Shown here piece by piece: positions 23,889-31,827 of a DNA stretch of 31,827 nt; within the stretch, counting starts at the first letter, position 1; each line of letters starts with the position of its first letter. A program made the position numbers and the translations under genes. Source of the DNA: a virus (taxonomy: Duplodnaviria; Caudoviricetes); IMG/VR virus record IMGVR_UViG_3300020306_000014, positions 1 to 31,827 of that record; one strand, given 5' to 3'. Below the pieces are notes generated by a model. The model saw nothing but the letters and a program-made list of their open reading frames with translations. It searched no databases and was not told the origin of the DNA.

Positions 23889-26674
23889 TGGCAGGCATAA
23901 CACAAACTATACCTCAATACTCACTAGGAATGTCGGAACAGCCTGACCAGTTAAAATTTCCCGGTCAAGTAACTGAGATCACAAACGGGATACCAGATAT
24001 AACTAGAGGATTATTTAAAAGGCCGGGTGCAAAAAGAATAGGATCAGATAAGTTAACTAATGTACAAACTGGTGGTTCGTGGTTTCACTATTTTCGTGAC
24101 GAAACTGAGGGATCTTACATAGGTCAAGTAGCAGCTGACGGACAAGTTCGCGTATGGCGTTGTAGTGACGGTCAGCAGATGACTACTAGTTATACTCATA
24201 ACGGTGTTAATAATCAAACAGCGATACAAAACTACCTAGCAACAACTGTTCCAGAAAACTTACAATTCTTAACCATTAACGATACTACCTTCGTTAACAG
24301 TCGTGACGCTACTAATGCTAACACGCTTGTTGGTATGACAGGTACAACTGATACCACACCTGATGCACACTTTGCATTTTTAGAACTAATACGTACAGAA
24401 AACGGTAGGCAGTATGGTATAAACCTACACGGAAACAATACACAGACTTCAACATTAACAAGAGCTACACGTCTTAAAATATCGAGTGATACGCTAAATG
24501 AGGGAGATGGCACAGGTCACTGCCCCGGTATAGGTACACAGGTCTTTAGTGTAGACTCAGGATCGTCTAAAAAAAATCTAATATTTAGAATCACTACTGT
24601 AGGACAACAAGGTGTAAGTCCTAACTACAGTGCTATTCAAGAAGGCCCAGATGGACAAAACTATAGGTGTAGTTATAGTAGAGACGTGGTCTTACTACAT
24701 GGTGGTGAAGGCTGGACTACAGGAAATACAGCTGATGTAATTTTAGACTCTGCTTCACAAAACTTTCAATATACAGTTCGAGTAGAAGATCATGAATCCA
24801 CTGTGCTTAATGCTACAGTATCAACTAACGGAGACGGTATAATCAGACCGGAGCCTACCCCTTTTGATGCAGATACAGCTGTTACTGCTGATACTGTTAT
24901 TGGTGGTATTCTTGCTAATTTACCTAGTGGAATTAGTGGCAAGCATATAGGTAATGGTATATACTTTTCTAGTAATAACCCGTTTCAGCTAGAAGTTGTA
25001 GAAGATGATTTAATGCGTTCGTTTCAGACCTCAGTAAACGATGTACAAAACTTACCTAACCAGTGTAAGCATGGATATATAGTAAAAGTATCTAACGCTT
25101 TACGTTCAGAAGAAGATGATTACTATCTTAGATTTGAAGGTCAAAACAATAAAGATGGAACTGGTTCATGGGTCGAATGTGCAGCACCCGGCATAACCAA
25201 AACACTTACAAATATGCCGTTGGTTATACAGCGTACTGCTACAACTACATTTACAGTTAGACCTTTTGATTATAAAGAGAGACGCGTAGGAGACAATGTA
25301 ACAAATCCTGAGCCTAGTTTTGTAGGAAAACGTATCAATAAAGTTTTGTTTTTCCGAAATAGATTAGTATTATTATCAGGTGAAAATGCAATAGCATCAA
25401 GACCGGGTACATTAGGTCAACCTGACTTCTTTATAGAAACCGCTCTTACAGTATCAGCTAGCGACCCTGTTGATATATCAGCTGCATCAACATTCCCATC
25501 AGAGCTTTTTGATGGCATAGACACTAATACAGGTTTGGTGATATTTAGTACAAACCAACAGTTTTTACTTGCATCAGATGATACAGTCTTTAACCCTGAT
25601 ACTGCAAAACTGCGTAGCCTGTCAACCTTTAATTATAATAAAGATATACCTCCTATATCATTAGGAACTACACTAGCTTATGTAGATAACTCTGGTAAGT
25701 TTAGTCGATTCAATGAAATGGCTAACATACGTCGAGAAGGAGAACCATCTATAGTTGAGGTTAGTAAAGTTGTACCTACACTATTACCAAAAGATATAGA
25801 CTTACTTACCAACTCAAGAGAAAACTCTATAATATTAATAAGTAAGACAAACTCAGATACTGTTTTTGGTTATAAATATTTTCAAGTGTCTGAGCAAAGA
25901 CAACAAGCTGCATGGTTTAAATGGAAACTTAATAATCCATTAATATACCATTTTATTATAAATGATGAATATTTCTTTTTAGATAGTGATTACTATTTAC
26001 AAAGCATAAAACTAGTGCAGACACAAGACGATCCAAGTATAACACAAGATGAAACAGACTTCTTATTACATGTGGATAATCATACTACTATTAGCGGCGG
26101 TAGCTTTAACGCAACTACGAATACCACAACCTTCAGTGGTGTGGGGTGGTTAAACACAGTTACAACACCAAATCACGATCTTGTTATCGTTGATGTAGAT
26201 ACTAACGCGCCGCGTATCGGTAGATATGCTAAACCAACAGTATCAGGAACTACCTTAACTGTTATTGGCAACTGGTCTGGAGTAACATTAATTATAGGAT
26301 ACATATATCCTTACGAAGTTAAGTTTCCAAGATTTTATGCTACATCAAATGTTGGAGGTAAAGCTAGAGCTGATGTAAATTCATCATTAGTCTTACATAG
26401 GCTTAAGATACACTTTGGTAAAATAGGTCTATACGAAACTACACTTAAACGAATAGGTAAACCGGACTACACAGAAGTTTACGAATCTACACAATTAGAT
26501 GAGTACAAAGTATCTGATGCTCCGTTCCTTGACGAGTTTATTAAGACTATACCTGTGTACGAAAGAAACACAAACGTTGATGTTATTCTTAAATCATCAC
26601 ACCCTGCCCCAGCTACGTTAAGAGCGTTGTCTTGGGAAGGAGACTTTTCACCCAGATTTTATAAACGTGTCTAA
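23888..26674 (+). CDS. gp12: Tail tubular protein B (gp12-like)
   Basis: GMSEQPD, KRPG, PSFVG, FFRNRL, QAAWFKW motifs; 928 aa. Confidence 0.93.
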   Translation: MAGITQTIPQYSLGMSEQPDQLKFPGQVTEITNGIPDITRGLFKRPGAKRIGSDKLTNVQTGGSWFHYFRDETEGSYIGQVAADGQVRVWRCSDGQQMTTSYTHNGVNNQTAIQNYLATTVPENLQFLTINDTTFVNSRDATNANTLVGMTGTTDTTPDAHFAFLELIRTENGRQYGINLHGNNTQTSTLTRATRLKISSDTLNEGDGTGHCPGIGTQVFSVDSGSSKKNLIFRITTVGQQGVSPNYSAIQEGPDGQNYRCSYSRDVVLLHGGEGWTTGNTADVILDSASQNFQYTVRVEDHESTVLNATVSTNGDGIIRPEPTPFDADTAVTADTVIGGILANLPSGISGKHIGNGIYFSSNNPFQLEVVEDDLMRSFQTSVNDVQNLPNQCKHGYIVKVSNALRSEEDDYYLRFEGQNNKDGTGSWVECAAPGITKTLTNMPLVIQRTATTTFTVRPFDYKERRVGDNVTNPEPSFVGKRINKVLFFRNRLVLLSGENAIASRPGTLGQPDFFIETALTVSASDPVDISAASTFPSELFDGIDTNTGLVIFSTNQQFLLASDDTVFNPDTAKLRSLSTFNYNKDIPPISLGTTLAYVDNSGKFSRFNEMANIRREGEPSIVEVSKVVPTLLPKDIDLLTNSRENSIILISKTNSDTVFGYKYFQVSEQRQQAAWFKWKLNNPLIYHFIINDEYFFLDSDYYLQSIKLVQTQDDPSITQDETDFLLHVDNHTTISGGSFNATTNTTTFSGVGWLNTVTTPNHDLVIVDVDTNAPRIGRYAKPTVSGTTLTVIGNWSGVTLIIGYIYPYEVKFPRFYATSNVGGKARADVNSSLVLHRLKIHFGKIGLYETTLKRIGKPDYTEVYESTQLDEYKVSDAPFLDEFIKTIPVYERNTNVDVILKSSHPAPATLRALSWEGDFSPRFYKRV

Positions 26675-27107
26675 ATACATTCATCCACTCACAATAGAGG
26701 CTGCTACAGAAGTGGCCTCTAACCTACGTCCAGACGACCACAGAGAGGTGCAAGAGGGGCATGGGATAGATCCTACCCTCTTACCGTCTCTAATGGTTCA
26801 CAACCCATCCTACGTGTATTTCACAGTGCCTGACGGCAAGACTGCTGGCATGGCCGGAGTAGGAACAGATGGTGATATATGGATGCTATGCACTCCTGAT
26901 ATACACCGATATCCAATTACATTCGCAAGAGAAGCGAAGCGGTATGTCGATAACCGCGAAGAGCGACTCCTTTGGAATATAGTTGATAGCAGAAACACAG
27001 CACATCTAAAACTGCTGAAGTTTCTGGGCTTCAAGTTTTTACGTAAGTTAAAACATGGGCCAAATAATGTAACATTTATTGAATTTTGCCGTGTGCGTAG
27101 ATGCTAA
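26667..27107 (+). CDS. Internal virion protein A (gp13-like)
   Basis: NLRPDDHRE, LWNIVDSRN..H.KLLKFLGF motifs; synteny. Confidence 0.8.
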   Translation: MSKYIHPLTIEAATEVASNLRPDDHREVQEGHGIDPTLLPSLMVHNPSYVYFTVPDGKTAGMAGVGTDGDIWMLCTPDIHRYPITFAREAKRYVDNREERLLWNIVDSRNTAHLKLLKFLGFKFLRKLKHGPNNVTFIEFCRVRRC

Positions 27108-27666
27108 TGCAGGGGCTAGAGCAGCCGCTAGAGATAAAGCTAGACAAAAGGCATTTGCTTTCAAGTCTGAAGGTGTAAAGTTTTTTAACAGAGAGACTAC
27201 ACTTGAAAGACAGCAAAACTTAAACGTATTAGGTTTTAGCCGAGACAATGCAGATGCTTATGCAAAAGCTATTATTACCCAAGGTAAGGGTAGAAAGAAT
27301 ATAGAAAATGCCTATCGTAAATATTTTGCAAGTCAAAAAGTAAACGAAGGCGGTAGAAGTAGAAGGTTTGGCTTGGCTGGATACCAATCCGTATTACAAG
27401 CCGAAAGTGAGGTGCAAGGTGTGTTAGATGCTATACCAAGAAATTTAGCATATTCACGACAGGGTGCTACTCGTAAATTTCAAGCAGCAAATGCTTCAGC
27501 TAAAGAAGCACTAGGGCTACCTCCACAGTATGGTATGCCTGTTATGTTGCCCCCAACAAACAGACTTGGTGGTGCTTTACAGATCGCACAAGCAGGCTTA
27601 GGTATTGCTAGTAGCTTACAAGGCTTGGGAGCTTTTGGGTCTAAAGGATTATTTGGTAATTTATAG
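27091..27666 (+). CDS. Internal virion protein B (gp14-like)
   Basis: GTG start giving MCVD..., A/G/Q-rich; synteny. Confidence 0.7.
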   Translation: MCVDANAGARAAARDKARQKAFAFKSEGVKFFNRETTLERQQNLNVLGFSRDNADAYAKAIITQGKGRKNIENAYRKYFASQKVNEGGRSRRFGLAGYQSVLQAESEVQGVLDAIPRNLAYSRQGATRKFQAANASAKEALGLPPQYGMPVMLPPTNRLGGALQIAQAGLGIASSLQGLGAFGSKGLFGNL

Positions 27667-27675
27667 GATAGTATT

Positions 27676-30333
27676 ATGACATCATCATTTGGAACCGTAG
27701 TTGGTACACCACGGGATCAGTTACCCGACATCAGCAAGACCAACTACTTGCAAACAGACGCTGATATGACCGAAGCGACCAATAACGCGATAGATGACGC
27801 TAAGGCTGATTCCGAGGACTTCTATCAGCAGATGGTCAGAATCAGAGAATTACAACAAAGAAACTTTGATAATAACTTACAAAGTTTAGTAAACTTTTCA
27901 AAATCTGCTGCTCAATTTGTTGAAGCACGTGAAGCTGGAAGAGAAGCTAGAGAACTTAACAGGTTAGAGCGAGACAAGTTAGAAGCACTTAGAAAAAAGT
28001 ATACTGATGCAGAAGGTAACTTTAATATAAAAAATGCTGACTTTACTAAAGAGTTGCATGAAAACATAAATAAAGATAATTTTGACTCTGCTGTTGCAAA
28101 AAACTTATTTAAAGTTAGAAACGCGGATACCGCCGGAGATTTAACAGAACGTCAACTGAAACAGGAGTTGTTTGACAAAGGCTTTACTGCCAAAAATAAA
28201 TTTCTAACAGAAAATAACTTTCTTTTAATAGACGATCAAGACGCTGCTTTATCTTTATACGAAAGTACAGAAGAGCTCTTTTTATCTAAAATGATACTAC
28301 AAGCAAAAGCTTATGGTATGTCTGATAAAGAGTTCGATAGATTTTATATTAAAACTTTAGCTCCAGAAATGCGTCGTAGAAAGCAAGCCAAGATGCAAAG
28401 ATGGGAAAGCGTTACCGATAGCAGAGCAGAGGCAAACCAAACTAAAAAAATTAGAAGTCGTATTGTAGAAGTAATACAAAATCGTAAAAAACCCGGTGAA
28501 GACGGTGAAAGTATTGTACCTAATATAGATGGAACGGATGGCCTAATAGAATACGTACAGAAAGAAAAAAACTTTAAGACAAAGTTAGAAGCTCAAAACT
28601 ATGTATTTTCTGAAGTAGCATCCATGGTAAGTCAGGGGCAAAACGGTATGGATGATACTGATGCTGATTATTTATTAAATGAAGCTCAGTTTACTCATAG
28701 TGCTACTGGTGAATCCACAAGTTATGCAAATAGTAATTTTAAAAGCACTAGGGCTAACTCTCGTAACTTACAAAATGCAATAGAATCTTTTAGACGTGAT
28801 CCTGATAAAGAAAAAGTAGCTGCAACAAATAAGTTCAACGAACAAATGGATGAGGTCTTTAATCAGTACGACGGAAATCCTCCTTCTGGTGTAGTATTTG
28901 AGTTAATGGGACAGTGGAGAGATATTCCAGAACTGAAAGGTGAGGACTTTCCAGAAAAAATAAAAGCTGCTTTAAGTAGAGAACAGACTGGTGCTAACTT
29001 TGGAGATCATCCGTCTGCTGGTAAAAGTCAAGGCCAGATATACAGAGCAAGGCAAGATATGGAAACTGCGATGAAAATAATTGCAGGCAAAGATCAGGGT
29101 GTAGAGCAGGGAAACCTAACACAACCCATGAAGTTTCAAATAGATGCAGCTGTAGGTGATCTTAGAGCTAAAGTTAAAGCAGCTACAGATGGTACTAATG
29201 TAAGTGAAGGAGAAGCTGTAGGAAAATTCTTACCAGACGTTATAAAAAAACTACAAGAAGGAGGGTATAAAGATTTTTATAAATCTAAAATACTTACAAC
29301 AGCTAAAGATTATCAAAATGATAGAATTGATTTGATAAACGATAAATCTTTAATTGACAATTCTGAGTTTAATTCAGTATACGAAAAAGAAGCATTAAGG
29401 CAGATGAATCGTTTTCTAAAAAGCGGTGGGCCTATGCCTGAGTACTTTGATGAAGTAATAAAAAGTGTAAAGATACGTCAAGACGACGGTACGTTTATGA
29501 ATGGTATCGAGTATGCTATAGAAAGACTAAAGGCTACGGGTGGTATGGATAAAGATACAGGATTGCTTACTTATAAAAAAGACTATGCAGAGCTAACACC
29601 AGAAGACTATGCAGAAGTTGGACAAGGAGGTACATCTAACCAAACCAAAACCTATAACTTTATAGAAAAAGATAGAGAAAGTGCAACTAAAATGCTTAAC
29701 GGTTTTGCTAAAGAACGCCAGAGACAAAGTATTTCAAAAAATCATAGAGGAAAATTATCTGACCAAGAGAACGATGACTATTTTAAAAAACCTACAGGTA
29801 GAATTATAGGTGTTATACCTTCATCAAAACTTACTAATTATAATATAGAGTCAGTCTATAAAATGGCAAAACAAGGCTACACTGATTTTGGTAGATATGG
29901 ATTTACAGCTGAAGAAATTATAGACGTTGTGGACAACAGCGATGGTTTAGCTGGTATGGCTAAAGAAAGATTTACTGAAGATTATCAAACGTTTATGATG
30001 TTAGCCCTTATAAGAAGGAGAGCTAACAGATCTAATGATATTGGTGGTGCTCAAACAGAGGAAAAAAACTGGCGTAGATTAGTTAACTTATCACCCAAGG
30101 AACAGGATGCTGTACTAGCAACTTTTCCAAAATTAAAAAATATGCCCATGTCACAGTTTCAAAACTTGCAAGCCGATGTAGCTGCTTTAATTTTAACAGA
30201 AGCTGAAAAGGGTAGAATACAGAGAGACGAAAGAAGGGCAGCTAAAGAAGCTGAAAGAAAGAGAAAACAAGAAGAAAAAGCAAAAGCAAACGAAGGTCTT
30301 AACCGACTAAGACAAAGAAAGAAGAATGACTAA
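27676..30333 (+). CDS. Internal virion protein C (gp15-like)
   Basis: 885 aa helical protein at the gp15 position. Confidence 0.7.
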   Translation: MTSSFGTVVGTPRDQLPDISKTNYLQTDADMTEATNNAIDDAKADSEDFYQQMVRIRELQQRNFDNNLQSLVNFSKSAAQFVEAREAGREARELNRLERDKLEALRKKYTDAEGNFNIKNADFTKELHENINKDNFDSAVAKNLFKVRNADTAGDLTERQLKQELFDKGFTAKNKFLTENNFLLIDDQDAALSLYESTEELFLSKMILQAKAYGMSDKEFDRFYIKTLAPEMRRRKQAKMQRWESVTDSRAEANQTKKIRSRIVEVIQNRKKPGEDGESIVPNIDGTDGLIEYVQKEKNFKTKLEAQNYVFSEVASMVSQGQNGMDDTDADYLLNEAQFTHSATGESTSYANSNFKSTRANSRNLQNAIESFRRDPDKEKVAATNKFNEQMDEVFNQYDGNPPSGVVFELMGQWRDIPELKGEDFPEKIKAALSREQTGANFGDHPSAGKSQGQIYRARQDMETAMKIIAGKDQGVEQGNLTQPMKFQIDAAVGDLRAKVKAATDGTNVSEGEAVGKFLPDVIKKLQEGGYKDFYKSKILTTAKDYQNDRIDLINDKSLIDNSEFNSVYEKEALRQMNRFLKSGGPMPEYFDEVIKSVKIRQDDGTFMNGIEYAIERLKATGGMDKDTGLLTYKKDYAELTPEDYAEVGQGGTSNQTKTYNFIEKDRESATKMLNGFAKERQRQSISKNHRGKLSDQENDDYFKKPTGRIIGVIPSSKLTNYNIESVYKMAKQGYTDFGRYGFTAEEIIDVVDNSDGLAGMAKERFTEDYQTFMMLALIRRRANRSNDIGGAQTEEKNWRRLVNLSPKEQDAVLATFPKLKNMPMSQFQNLQADVAALILTEAEKGRIQRDERRAAKEAERKRKQEEKAKANEGLNRLRQRKKND

Positions 30334-31827
30334 TTCCAATTACTTAGGTCAAAGCGACGATGATTATCTAGATTATCTAGGTAGTGAAGCTGATCGTTTA
30401 ACCGAAGAGTACAATCAAGAGCAAGATAGGTTAGATGCTGCGGAGGCTGCGGAAGCCCAAGCAACAGCTAAGGCTGATGCAGTGCAGTACGACCCTAGAA
30501 ATGCCGATACATGGGGTGCTAAGGCACTCATCAAAGAAGGTCAGTCGATCTTATCAGGTGGATTACAAGACACTGCGTCTTCTATTGCTACCTTTCCAGA
30601 ACGTACGGTAGATGCGTTATCTGGTGAAATGCAGCGTCAAAGAGCTGCTACAGGTACTTATACGCCTGACTTTACACCATTTGGTGCATATGATAATCCT
30701 ATAGAAACAAAAACATGGTGGGGTAGACAGTTACGTGGTCTAGTGCATTTTGGTAGCTTAGCTGCTGGAACTGTACTTGCTGCAAAAGGTGCTGCTGCTG
30801 CCGGTCTAGTTACTGTACCAGCTGGTTTACTAGCACTATCAAAAGGCAACTTAGTTAGAGGTGCAGCTGTAGGAGCTGTATCTGACCTTGTATCTAAAGA
30901 GTCAGATGAACAGAACGCATTAGGAGCGTTACGTGACAGATACGGCTGGGTAGATACACCACTATCTACTAAAGATACCGATCACCCTGTAATGATGAAA
31001 GTAAAAAACATCGTAGAAGGTATGGGTATAGGCTTAGTATTTGATGGTATTGCATATACCTTAAAAAAAGGCGGAAGTAAAGCAATTAAACAGATACAAG
31101 ATAGAAATAAAAGCATAAAAGATCAAACAGTAGAAGCTGGCGTAGCCCAGTTACGTCGTGGTGAAACAGAATTTAGAGCAGATAAAAACGCACCTATATC
31201 TCAACCACACCAAGGGGCACACTTGTCACAAGTAGATCCACAGATAGCACGTCAACAGCTGTCAAAGACACGTAAATCGTGGGGTTCTGAAGAAGGATCT
31301 ACTGGTAGTGTAACTACTCCAGTCGAGCGTGAACGTATCGGTATGCTTGGTGAGACTGATGATGCAACTGTAGAACGTATATACAAAGGTCTTGTTAGCA
31401 GCGAAAAGTTTGCTAAAGAGTTAGAAAAAGCTAAAGGTAACAGATCTACATTAGCATCTACATTTAGAGAAGCTGTCGAGGCACATCAAAGAATTACACA
31501 AGGCAGAAACGCTGCTGATATGTCACCACAAGAGTACCTAAAAGAGTTGTTTGAAACTAATGATGTTATTGATGGTCAAGAGATTTGGACGTCTAAAAAC
31601 GTTGTAATTGCTGACTTAATTGGTGGTACTTTACTAAGACAACTTCGTGATCTAGGTGTAGCTGGTAGAGAAATAGCTGATCTAGTCGATATAGATGATA
31701 TAGATGGGCCAGCTAAGCAAGTAGTTGATACTATGCTTACTGCTTTGTATCAAACTAAAAAAGCTAGATTTGTCAAGTCTGACAGTTTTAGAGCATTAGG
31801 TGCGGGCAAAGCGAGAAAGCAAGCTAT
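30326..31827 (+). CDS. Internal virion protein D (gp16-like), 3'-truncated by the window
   Basis: ATG at 30326 (MTNSNYLGQSDD...) opens a frame that appears to run off the window end; synteny. Confidence 0.75.
   Translation, partial: MTNSNYLGQSDDDYLDYLGSEADRLTEEYNQEQDRLDAAEAAEAQATAKADAVQYDPRNADTWGAKALIKEGQSILSGGLQDTASSIATFPERTVDALSGEMQRQRAATGTYTPDFTPFGAYDNPIETKTWWGRQLRGLVHFGSLAAGTVLAAKGAAAAGLVTVPAGLLALSKGNLVRGAAVGAVSDLVSKESDEQNALGALRDRYGWVDTPLSTKDTDHPVMMKVKNIVEGMGIGLVFDGIAYTLKKGGSKAIKQIQDRNKSIKDQTVEAGVAQLRRGETEFRADKNAPISQPHQGAHLSQVDPQIARQQLSKTRKSWGSEEGSTGSVTTPVERERIGMLGETDDATVERIYKGLVSSEKFAKELEKAKGNRSTLASTFREAVEAHQRITQGRNAADMSPQEYLKELFETNDVIDGQEIWTSKNVVIADLIGGTLLRQLRDLGVAGREIADLVDIDDIDGPAKQVVDTMLTALYQTKKARFVKSDSFRALGAGKARKQA

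Noticed and set aside
115-30849. Numerous minus-strand and alternative-frame ORFs in the ORF track
   Set aside because: They lie inside well-supported + strand genes, lack recognisable motifs, and T7-like genomes are single-strand coded; treated as shadow ORFs

Overview
About 32 kb of a T7-like marine cyanopodovirus (Autographiviridae, P-SSP7-like). The psbA and hli sequences suggest a Prochlorococcus host. All credible genes are on the + strand. The window runs across the genome end-to-start junction: terminase large subunit, then a non-coding terminal-repeat region, then early host-takeover genes and phage RNA polymerase. No integrase follows the RNA polymerase. Next come SSB, endonuclease, primase/helicase, a DNA polymerase split into two ORFs, exonuclease and a minimal class I RNR (alpha + beta), then portal and scaffold. 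An accessory island follows, with 11 tiny K/R-rich ORFs, 2 hli genes and psbA. After it lies a dense RNA-structure cassette: a glutamine-II (Downstream-peptide) riboswitch, an 18-aa YRG peptide, a tRNA-like mini-element and a structured capsid leader. The window ends with the major capsid, tail tube A/B and internal virion proteins, the last one truncated. Most notable: the RNA cassette upstream of the capsid, the translationally coupled micro-protein array, a D1 ending exactly at the mature C-terminus, apparent CCWGG avoidance, the split polymerase, and dense GAGTC and GGACGCA motif clusters at the genome left end.
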